Positions 9,196 through 17,458 of a stretch of DNA of 64,000 nt are shown here, one piece after another; the first letter of the stretch is position 1, and every line of letters starts with the position of its first letter. Below the pieces are notes generated by a model. That model was not told the DNA's origin. It was given only the letters and a program-made list of their open reading frames with translations, and ran no database searches. The stretch is from assembly GCA_016929065.1 (NCBI GenBank), contig JAFGJO010000014.1:101-64100 (forward strand). The letters are read 5' to 3'. The DNA is from Spirochaetales bacterium. GTDB taxonomy: Bacteria > Spirochaetota > Spirochaetia > SZUA-6 > RPPD01. A program made the position numbers and the translations under genes.

Positions 9196-10094
9196 TTAGT
9201 AGATATCACAGATAATCATGTTTTTATTCTCTACTATTTTTACCCTGTTTGCAAGTTTTTTTATCAGAAAAAAACCGAGACCGCGGATACGGCTCAGGAT
9301 TGAATTTTCATCGGACCGGGGTTCTCTCACACCCCGAAAACCTCGTTCATCCTGCACAGAGAACCGGCTGCCCTCCTCCGTACATCTCACCCATACTGAA
9401 ATCCGCCTGTCCGGCTCATTCTCGTTTCCACATTCCATTGCAATCAGCACGCATTCGCAAAAACATTGGAGTGCGCGGCAAAAAACGCTCACAGAAAACC
9501 GGCCGGTGATGAAGTTTTCAAAATCTTCCAGTACCGCATCGATTCCTCCAAAATCCAGACGGTAGTCGCGCCTCAGTTCTTCAGAAAAATTGAAAAGCAA
9601 ATAATGATGCGTTCTTTTCGTCGGACGACGCTGAATATGTCGGCGCAGTACCTTCCTGTGGGATGGTACTGCGCACAGATCTGAATATTCCCCAGTGCAG
9701 GAATCCGGTTGTCCATATCACAATATTCAATTCTGTTTTTAGTCTCATATGCCAGAATTGTACGGTAGAGTTTTCGCGTCTTGTCGATGTGCGTCAAAGA
9801 AAGCAGCGAAAAAACGAGGAACAAAATCGTCTTGAGGCTGTCAGGAGCATCAATAACACCGTGATCGAGGCATTGTTCGATATGCCGTACAAGCAGTTTT
9901 CGAAATGTCAAAAAACCATACATACTGCGCGGTATATTTATCAGCAAAGCAAGCCGGTCAAGATTGTACCTGATTTGGGTAATTCGGGTAAAATCACCAT
10001 TTAAAAAATCATTCACACCTGCCAGGATATTGCGGATAGCATATTTTTTTCTGTTAACCCGGAATATTTTCTCGCCATTTCCATTCCTGTTCAC
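9196..10094 (-). pseudogene. Frameshifted, internally deleted paralogue of the upstream PP2C-HATPase (ORFs 9573-10094 and 9196-9600)
   Basis: The end of ORF 9573-10094 (IQICAQYHPTGRYCADIFSVVRRKERII) matches the PP2C start of the upstream gene (IQAAGQYFPCENIGGDIYNVIRVKNKIV). ORF 9196-9600 matches its HATPase tail (RALQCF.ECVL, FSVQDE, ANRV.I.ENKN.I.CDI). The frame changes near 9600. Confidence 0.65.
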
Positions 10095-10181
10095 ACACTT
10101 GCTGCCGCCCTGTAATCGTGCAGAAAGGCCGATGCCATAACGCCCGATGTTGTTTTAGAATTATTATTGAACAATTTTGGA

Positions 10182-12287
10182 TCAGAATATATCACAGGAA
10201 ATCACATTTTTATTTTCGATAATCCTCACCCTGTTTGCAAATTTATTTACAAGAAACAGCCCCCTGCCCCGAATCGAGTCGCGATGCGGCCTCCTGATAT
10301 TTTGAAGGAACGGCATGCGCAGCTCTCCCCCTTCATCCTGCACAGAAAAAGAAATTTTCTTTTTGAAACAGGATACCGTTACCGATGTCTTCCGTTCGGG
10401 ATTATTTTTGTTTCCGTGCTCAACCGCATTCAGGACGCATTCTGAAAAACATTGAAGGGCACGGATAAATACATCCCCCATGTAACGTCCATGTATGAAC
10501 TGCTCAAACTCATCCAGCACGGTTTTCACCGTATCCAGACTGAGATGATATGTCTTTTTCAGTTCGGTAGCAAAATCGAAGAAGATATACGAAACATCAT
10601 CTTTCTGGATCAGGGATTGTACCTTGTGAACCACCGCTTCGACAGATCCCGCAGAAAGTCCATTTTGACGAAATACCCCGTACAAGCCTTTTGTCCCGAA
10701 AACCTCATCACCGTTCCTGCTCCATTCAATCAAACCATCCGAATATAAAAGCATTCGTGTCTGTTTCGGTATCGTTGTTTCATTATTTTCATATTCGGCC
10801 GCAGACAATATACCCGACAGCAGCGGTCCGACCTTTCCGATGTCATCAAGGGCATAAAGACGGGAATTCGAAAGCAGGGGCAACGGATGCCCGGCGCTGA
10901 TCCAATCCAGCTTCCTTGAAAAGAGATGATATGCTCCTGCGAATATGGTGAGAAAGTTCTCGGAAAAGAGGTCGTGCTCGACGAGAAGGTTCTGCAATCG
11001 CTTCATCAGAATTTCCGGCGAGGTTATGTTGTGAAAGCGGATCCAGTCGTCAAGATACGCCTTCACAAAAGTGGACAGCATCGCCGCTGAAACCCCGTGG
11101 CCGGAAATGTCGCACAAATAAAATACGATCTTGTTTTTTACCCGAATCACATTATAAATGTCGCCGCCGATATTTTCACAGGGAAAGTACTGGCCTGCTG
11201 CCTGGATTATCCCGCATACAGGGAAATGCAATGCGACAAGTTTCTTTTGACACGCCATTGCTTCCTGTATATTCCTCTCCAGCGAGACAGAATATTCGGC
11301 AAGGGACTGTTCACTCACCCTGAGTTTTTCATTGGCACTGATGCTTTCGTTCAACAGTGCGGTCACATGTTCTTCCACACGTTTTTTACGGATGGCCAGG
11401 GCATAGAATTCCGCAATCCGCTTGACTGCCGCGGCATCCTCCTCGGTATAGCAGTCCTCCGGATGAGACAGGCCGATAAGCCCGGCATTCTCATCCTGCA
11501 GCAGGACGGGTGCTCCCAAAAACCCTTTCAGGGGAATATGTCCCGGAGGAATTCCCTTCGCCGAGGGATGCTCCGGCGAATTGTTCGTAAAAAACACCCT
11601 TCCGGTGTTCAAGGCATGGCCCCAGAGTGCAGGATACGACCCGTCGTTATTTGCCGGAAAAACAATCCGCTGGTTTTCGATATCTTCAATGGTGCATTGA
11701 CCCTGCATCATGTCGGTGAGAGTCAGCGAAATCAAATCCCCTGTCACCGGACTGACAACGCCCACAAAGCCATGCGCACTCGACGTGATTTTTTTTGCTT
11801 CTTCAAGGACTACCTGTGCAATGTCAGAAAGGGAAATCCGAGGTGTAATTAATGGAATATACAAACGCGCCAGGGCATTTGCCACCGCGAGCTCCCGCTG
11901 CGATTTCTCCCTGTTTCTTTTCTGTTCGGTAATATCCTGAATCGTCCCGACAAGCCCGATTATTTTCCCGTCATCATTGACAACGACCGCTTTTCTGAAT
12001 ACAACATCTCTTGGGGATCCGTCACCCCCTCCCACCGTCCATTCATACTCCTGCATCCCCGAATTCTCAAAGAGTTCCCTGTCTTTTTCATCATACTTTA
12101 TTGCGTTATCCGCCGGCCACAGGTCAAAGGCCGTTTTCCCGACGATATCTTGTTCCTGTATTGAAAAAAATCTTTCAAACGCCCAGTTGCAGAAACGGTA
12201 TCTGCCTTCTCTATCCTTGTAAAAGACCGGAATCGGAATGGTGTTAATGAGGGTATGCAGTAATTTCAAATTAATAATTCTGTCCAT
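10182..12287 (-). CDS. PAS-GAF-PP2C (SpoIIE/RsbU) phosphatase fused to an RsbW-like HATPase
   Basis: PAS (PIPVFYKDREGRYRFCN) and GAF domains; PP2C motifs GGDIY, CDISGHG, YSDGLIE, DDVS; HATPase motifs ECVLNAVEHGN, VQDEG, GRGLFL. Confidence 0.9.
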   Translation of the reverse strand: MDRIINLKLLHTLINTIPIPVFYKDREGRYRFCNWAFERFFSIQEQDIVGKTAFDLWPADNAIKYDEKDRELFENSGMQEYEWTVGGGDGSPRDVVFRKAVVVNDDGKIIGLVGTIQDITEQKRNREKSQRELAVANALARLYIPLITPRISLSDIAQVVLEEAKKITSSAHGFVGVVSPVTGDLISLTLTDMMQGQCTIEDIENQRIVFPANNDGSYPALWGHALNTGRVFFTNNSPEHPSAKGIPPGHIPLKGFLGAPVLLQDENAGLIGLSHPEDCYTEEDAAAVKRIAEFYALAIRKKRVEEHVTALLNESISANEKLRVSEQSLAEYSVSLERNIQEAMACQKKLVALHFPVCGIIQAAGQYFPCENIGGDIYNVIRVKNKIVFYLCDISGHGVSAAMLSTFVKAYLDDWIRFHNITSPEILMKRLQNLLVEHDLFSENFLTIFAGAYHLFSRKLDWISAGHPLPLLSNSRLYALDDIGKVGPLLSGILSAAEYENNETTIPKQTRMLLYSDGLIEWSRNGDEVFGTKGLYGVFRQNGLSAGSVEAVVHKVQSLIQKDDVSYIFFDFATELKKTYHLSLDTVKTVLDEFEQFIHGRYMGDVFIRALQCFSECVLNAVEHGNKNNPERKTSVTVSCFKKKISFSVQDEGGELRMPFLQNIRRPHRDSIRGRGLFLVNKFANRVRIIENKNVISCDIF

Positions 12288-12354
12288 AACTATAGTCTAA
12301 TTGTAGAAAAAACAAGATACAGATTCCAGAAAAAATCCATTAAACCAGACAATA

Positions 12355-12397
12355 AAAAACGCCCGACAGCCATGCGGCCATCGGGCGTTTCTTTTTT
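12355..12397. terminator. Bidirectional-type Rho-independent terminator
   Basis: AAACGCCCGA...TCGGGCGTTT stem with A and T tracts on either side, downstream of the FecR-domain gene. Confidence 0.75.
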
Positions 12398-12411
12398 ACG
12401 TGTTTCTGTTG

Positions 12412-13548
12412 TTATTTTTTCATGAAATCATCGCCGCCGAAAAAATCCTTGTCGTCGGAAAAACCGCCGAACGCATCAACCGGGAAATACCCGCCGTTTC
12501 GAAGCGCATAAAGTTTTAATGCGTATTTCATCCGGGCCAAATACCCGTCAATTTCGGGTTTAAGTTCATTGAGTTTTTCAAAAAACTGCTTGATCGACTG
12601 GCCGGGGCGGACATCGCCCGAGCCGTATCCCTGGCTGTAATAGTATTCAAGCTCCAGAAGCCGGAAATACACTCTTTCAAAAAGCACCAGGTTGCCTTTT
12701 ACCTTGAACAATGCGCCGATAATTTTTGCCTTTTCCTGCATGACATCACCGGACTGCGGAGCAAGCCCCTCCTTGTCCTGATCAGTCCATTTCTGCAGAA
12801 TGTCCTTTTTCAGCATCAGGTCGTCATAGGCGGCCTTCAGTTTTTCGTACGCGGTTTCAAACCGTACCGCAAAGCCCTGGATCGCCTTTGAGGCATTTGC
12901 CTTGAAAAGTTCAAGACGTTTCTGAAACCATCCCTGACGGTACTTTTCAATATCTGCTTCCGTGACGTTTTCCTCGGAAAACTTGCCGTTATCAGCATAT
13001 TTTTCAACCACTTTTCCCGGCTTTGCGTATAATGATTTTCCGCTTTCATCAACACATTTGACCGAGCCCTCGTTGCAGGTGACCAAAAGGTCTTCGGTGG
13101 GAGCTGTGCTGACGCGGAATACCGTACCGCGGACACCCATTGCAGCGGTTCGTGTCCGTACCTGGACGTCATTTTTTCCGGTCAACGAGTTGACATTCAG
13201 TCCGATTGAACCGGAAACCATGTCAAAGGAAGTCTGTTCCCCTCCATTACTTAATTTTGAAAGCTCTACCGAGAGGGCTGTATTCCCTTCGATATTCAAA
13301 TTCATCCGCTGGCGCTGGGGAGTGACAATCTCCATCTCGACAATGCCGTTATATCCGGTTCTAATGAGATCATAGTTTTCTATTGGATCCCCGATATTCA
13401 GGGTTTTCTGGGTCATCACCTTGCCGTTTCGCGTAATCGAGACAGTTCCGTCAAGATAGGTGATTTCTCCGATTTTCGGAGCTGCAAATAATCCAACGTT
13501 TAAAAGCAGCAGGCACAAAACGGCCAAGAGAATTGTTCTTTTTTTCAT
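12412..13548 (-). CDS. Exported FecR-domain protein with a helical C-terminal region
   Basis: Start moved to ATG 13548 (GGAGG RBS; MKKRTILLAVLCLLLL signal peptide); GEITYLDGTV, DLIRTG and RTRTAAMGVRGTVF FecR-like motifs. Confidence 0.8.
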   Translation of the reverse strand: MKKRTILLAVLCLLLLNVGLFAAPKIGEITYLDGTVSITRNGKVMTQKTLNIGDPIENYDLIRTGYNGIVEMEIVTPQRQRMNLNIEGNTALSVELSKLSNGGEQTSFDMVSGSIGLNVNSLTGKNDVQVRTRTAAMGVRGTVFRVSTAPTEDLLVTCNEGSVKCVDESGKSLYAKPGKVVEKYADNGKFSEENVTEADIEKYRQGWFQKRLELFKANASKAIQGFAVRFETAYEKLKAAYDDLMLKKDILQKWTDQDKEGLAPQSGDVMQEKAKIIGALFKVKGNLVLFERVYFRLLELEYYYSQGYGSGDVRPGQSIKQFFEKLNELKPEIDGYLARMKYALKLYALRNGGYFPVDAFGGFSDDKDFFGGDDFMKK

Positions 13549-13661
13549 TTCAGATCCTCCATATAAAACATTATAACCCCTCATCGCAAAGGAATCCACT
13601 TCCTTGTGAAAGAATTGTTATGCAACACAAATATTTTGGATGGACAGAGCATGCCCCCCAA

Positions 13662-14729
13662 TTACCGGTGTACCTTAGTAAATATAGCACATAAATTATC
13701 AATTTTCGAAGATATTTTGCCGAAAACACGGCGCCAGACAGCAGGGCTTTCCATGCACATGTACAGCGGGGCGCCGGTGGACTCGGTAAGCCATCCGGCC
13801 ACTGAGCGGTAGATTTCGGTACGGATCCGCTGGATATAGCGGTGCTTGCCGTCACGACAGGGCACAAACTCGTCATAAAGCCACGGACGTGATCCCAGCC
13901 TGTCTTTTAGTTGAGCAGGATAGCGCACGGTTCCCAAACTTATCCAGACAATCTTCCCTTTTTCGAACTGCGACAGCTGATCTGCAACGTTCAGATACAT
14001 TTCCTGCCAGTTTTTCACACGGATAATCGGATCAAAATGAAACGCAAGAAGATACCCTGCCTTTACTGCCTTGTCAGCCGCTTCCAGCCGCTGTGCAAGA
14101 GAACTGGCAATCCCTTCTTCTGCATCGATAATTTCCTGGGGATTCAGGGAAAACGCGACAACAGCTTTTCCCTTGTTTGGAATACCCAGCAGATGATCGA
14201 CAAAATGGGATTTTGTTTTCACCTCGAAATATACATTCGGAAACTGTGCACAGTGTTCGATGAAATTCTTCGACAGTTCAAAAAGAGGATCATAAAAAAG
14301 TGAGTCCCCTGTCTCTCCGGTGCCGATCCGGATCGGGGTATCAGGATTGGATTGGATCACCTCATCGAGCTCCTTTGTGATCGCTTCAATGTCCACATTA
14401 ACGGTCACCGGTTCAAAATTGAGATATGCCTGCATAATGCAGTAGCTGCAGCCGATCGGACACCCCTCGTATAAATTTATTGTCAGATAATTGCAGCAGA
14501 GGTGCCGCTTTGAGCCCGGGCAGGGGCCGAACTTTTTTCCCGGAGTTGCAGTTAAAAAAACAGTCTTTTGATTTTTATGTTTTTCCGGAATGTCATCTTT
14601 CGATGCGACAATACTGAACGGCACCCCGGGGAGCCGTTCAGTGACACGGCAGGCGGCCAAAGAATCCTTTGCAGCCGGGGTTGCATACACGGCATGAATA
14701 TAATCGTTATAGAAGTGTGAATAATTCAT
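13662..14729 (-). CDS. Radical SAM enzyme, spore photoproduct lyase (SplB)-like
   Basis: CPG...CCNY.TIN...GCPIGCSYC (CxxxCxxC), EVKTKS, SLNP, RLEAA, FHFDPII and YMCMES motifs typical of SPL-family proteins. Confidence 0.85.
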   Translation of the reverse strand: MNYSHFYNDYIHAVYATPAAKDSLAACRVTERLPGVPFSIVASKDDIPEKHKNQKTVFLTATPGKKFGPCPGSKRHLCCNYLTINLYEGCPIGCSYCIMQAYLNFEPVTVNVDIEAITKELDEVIQSNPDTPIRIGTGETGDSLFYDPLFELSKNFIEHCAQFPNVYFEVKTKSHFVDHLLGIPNKGKAVVAFSLNPQEIIDAEEGIASSLAQRLEAADKAVKAGYLLAFHFDPIIRVKNWQEMYLNVADQLSQFEKGKIVWISLGTVRYPAQLKDRLGSRPWLYDEFVPCRDGKHRYIQRIRTEIYRSVAGWLTESTGAPLYMCMESPAVWRRVFGKISSKIDNLCAIFTKVHR

Positions 14730-15579
14730 CGATATGATTCTCGAATGCCTGCAGGGCATTCACCTTTTTATTGAAATTCTGCCTTGAGACAAACGGGAAC
14801 CGGATAAAAAATGCCTCGCCTTCAAAATTATCTGGAGCCGACAGGGCAATCCCCTGTTTGCGCAGCAGCTGTGCATGCTGCAAAAATTCTTTCTGCATGG
14901 AAGAGAGGTTCGGATACCGGGCAGCCTCAAGAAGTTTTACCGGATCTGGCGCGTCCAACATGGTACGGCAGAGTGCTGATGTTTCTTTTTCTGCCAGCCC
15001 GTCACGCTGCATGACCTCATGGAGCTGTTCGAGAAAAATGCGGCGCTCGCTGTGGGTGAGTTTTTCCTTCTTTTCGTATACCAGTGCAATGCAGGGTTCC
15101 GGAAGGCTGACAATCTTTTCCGCTGATTTTATATCAAGCATCCGGCTCTGCACGAGTTTTTTTAATGAATCCGGAAAACCGATATACTTTTCTGTTTTTT
15201 TCTGCCAGTCGGTAAACCGTCCCGCTTCAATGGTCTGAATTATTGCATCATCAACAGCAATATTGTTTATAAGGCAGAACTCCAGTATGTTTTTGCGTTC
15301 TTCCCAGGAATAACTTCCCGCCCTGTTCTCCAGGGCAATCGCAATATAAAGCAGATCCTTTTTTTCAGCCGGGGAAATCCGCATGCAGGGAAGTTCAGGG
15401 ATTCCAATATCCCGTGCCTGCCGCATCAGGGAAAATCCCCATATTGGCACGTCATCGGCAAGGATCACCGGTGGGGTGAGGTTATTTTCAAAAAGAAGCT
15501 TCGGCCATGCTTTTATATCCAGAAACAGGTCATACTCACCGGACATGGAGAGCAGGGCTTCAAAGGGTGAAATGGTCAT
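14707..15579 (-). CDS. Hypothetical protein with a degenerate ParB/Srx-like N-terminal domain
   Basis: LTPPVIL...IWGF...A...GIPELPC...ALENR...SWEE pattern resembles ParB N-terminal domains; overlaps the start of the radical SAM gene. Confidence 0.55.
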   Translation of the reverse strand: MTISPFEALLSMSGEYDLFLDIKAWPKLLFENNLTPPVILADDVPIWGFSLMRQARDIGIPELPCMRISPAEKKDLLYIAIALENRAGSYSWEERKNILEFCLINNIAVDDAIIQTIEAGRFTDWQKKTEKYIGFPDSLKKLVQSRMLDIKSAEKIVSLPEPCIALVYEKKEKLTHSERRIFLEQLHEVMQRDGLAEKETSALCRTMLDAPDPVKLLEAARYPNLSSMQKEFLQHAQLLRKQGIALSAPDNFEGEAFFIRFPFVSRQNFNKKVNALQAFENHIDELFTLL

Positions 15580-15585
15580 GGAATT

Positions 15586-15614
15586 AAGGTATCAAAGAAA
15601 CGGCTCATCGCCAA
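15586..15614 (-). promoter_or_regulatory. Putative sigma70 promoter giving a leaderless transcript
   Basis: TTGGCG-17-TACCTT, then 6 nt, then ATG 15579; no SD sequence. Confidence 0.5.
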
Positions 15615-15635
15615 GCGGCAGTTAAAAGAAAATCT

Positions 15636-15663
15636 CTCACGAAGGACGCAAAGGACGCGAAGG
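15636..15663 (+). repeat. 9-nt-period intergenic repeat (CACGAAGGA CGCAAAGGA CGCGAAGG)
   Basis: Three imperfect tandem 9-mers; related copies occur at about 17.3, 38.0 and 63.4 kb. Confidence 0.7.
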
Positions 15664-15856
15664 TGTGGCCAGGAGAAGAAATAAAAATAAACCGCTGACC
15701 GACACAGATGGAAAAATCAAGGTTCTATATGAAAAAATAAGCATTCCAATTTAGTCATCATAAAAACTCTCCTCTGACACAAATGCGGAGCACTCCTTTT
15801 TCTTCTCCTATTTTCCTGTTTACAAAAGGCGCTTTCTGTGCTTATATACCCTCTCC

Positions 15857-17299
15857 ATGGAAGAACACACTCCTCAATCAGTATTGCAACATTATTTTGG
15901 ATTTGATTCCTTTCGCGGACTTCAGACAGAAGTGATCACTCGTTTAATTGAAGAAAAAAAACACTGTCTTGTACTCATGCCCACCGGCAGCGGGAAATCG
16001 CTCTGTTTTCAGATACCGGCTTTGTTGTTTCCCGGAAAAACAATTGTCATCAGTCCGTTAATCGCGTTGATGCAGGACCAGGTGAACAACCTGAAAGCCA
16101 GGAACATCCCGGCCGCGTTTATCAATTCCACGGTGTCACGTATGCAGCGCGAGAAGCGGCTTCATGATTTTTTATACGGAAACATCAAAATGCTGTACGT
16201 CACGCCGGAGAGGTTCAAACGGCAGGAATTTGCAGTGCAGATCCGGCGCGTAAACTTAAGCCTGCTCGCGGTGGACGAAGCCCACTGTATCTCGACCTGG
16301 GGTCATGACTTTCGTCCTGATTACAGCCGTATCCATGAAATCCGTGAAATGCTGGGCAATCCCTTGACGATTGCCCTCACTGCAACTGCAACAACAGAAG
16401 TTCAGCACGATATAATAGAAAAACTTGGTATAACTCCTGATAAAATAAAAGTATTCCATCAGGGGATTACCCGACCGAATCTCAGGCTGGAAGCGATCGA
16501 GGTAATGGATGACAACCAGAAGCTTGAAAACATTGTCAATACAATAAAAGAAACTGACGGCAGCGGAATTGTATACTTTTCTTTAATAAAAATTCTTGAA
16601 CGATTTTCCGATCTGCTTCAGCAGAAACAAATACCGCATCTGATTTATCACGGCAAACTTGATGCCGGAGGCCGAAAACAAATATTGAATCAGTTTATGT
16701 CAGGCAGCCTTCCGGTACTCGCCACAAACGCATTCGGCATGGGAGTAGACAAGGCCGATATCCGTTACGTGCTTCATGCAGAGATTCCCGGTTCGATTGA
16801 ATCATACTATCAGGAGATCGGCCGTGCCGGAAGGGACGGTAAAAACTCTGTCTGCAGACTTTTATACAATCAGGATGATTTGCTCACCCATATGGAATTT
16901 ATAAAATGGTCAAATCCAGAACCGGAGTTCTATAAAAAACTGTATCAGCTGTGTGAAACAAATATAAAAAACATAAACTCACTTGGACTGGACTATATGC
17001 GCGACCAGCTCGTTTTTAAAAATCGGTTCGACTTCCGTCTTGAAACTGCACTGGGAATGCTCGAACTGCATGGTGCTGCAAGCGGACACCCTGAAACAGG
17101 GAATCTGAAAATTACCGGCCCGTTGCCGGATTCCCTTGTCGATCAGGGCCGTCACGATGAGAAAATACTCGCCGACCGGAAAAAACTGTTAGCTGTGGTA
17201 AACTACTTTAAAACCGAAGAGTGCCGCAGACAGTATATTGAGGAGTATTTCGGGTTTAAAGATGAACCGGCCTGCGGTAATTGTGATGTGTGCGGATAA
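15857..17299 (+). CDS. recQ: RecQ-family ATP-dependent DNA helicase (short form, no HRDC)
   Basis: MPTGSGKSLCFQ, VDEAHCISTWGHDFRPDY, ALTATAT, ATNAFGMGVDK, YYQEIGRAGRDG and the C-terminal CRR...CGNCDVC zinc motif. Confidence 0.93.
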   Translation: MEEHTPQSVLQHYFGFDSFRGLQTEVITRLIEEKKHCLVLMPTGSGKSLCFQIPALLFPGKTIVISPLIALMQDQVNNLKARNIPAAFINSTVSRMQREKRLHDFLYGNIKMLYVTPERFKRQEFAVQIRRVNLSLLAVDEAHCISTWGHDFRPDYSRIHEIREMLGNPLTIALTATATTEVQHDIIEKLGITPDKIKVFHQGITRPNLRLEAIEVMDDNQKLENIVNTIKETDGSGIVYFSLIKILERFSDLLQQKQIPHLIYHGKLDAGGRKQILNQFMSGSLPVLATNAFGMGVDKADIRYVLHAEIPGSIESYYQEIGRAGRDGKNSVCRLLYNQDDLLTHMEFIKWSNPEPEFYKKLYQLCETNIKNINSLGLDYMRDQLVFKNRFDFRLETALGMLELHGAASGHPETGNLKITGPLPDSLVDQGRHDEKILADRKKLLAVVNYFKTEECRRQYIEEYFGFKDEPACGNCDVCG

Positions 17300-17330
17300 A
17301 TATCAAGTGTGAGTGCAAGAATACATTTTA

Positions 17331-17447
17331 CACAAAGGGCACAAAGAACACAAAAATTAAAATACAGAATATGCTACATTTTTAAATCAATCAGCAGGAC
17401 TTTATAAATCTTCCTCTTTCCTTTGTGAACTTCTTGAGCTTTGTAAA
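17331..17447. repeat. Inverted pair of 9-nt-period repeats between convergent recQ and copA
   Basis: CACAAAGGG CACAAAGAA CACAAAAAT (17331-17357) and CTTTGTGAA CTTCTTGAG CTTTGTAAA (17421-17447). Confidence 0.7.
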
Positions 17448-17458
17448 AACCTCTTTTG

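Noticed and set aside
17331-17447. CRISPR array
   Set aside because: Units are 9 nt, imperfect and without spacers; there are no cas genes in the window.
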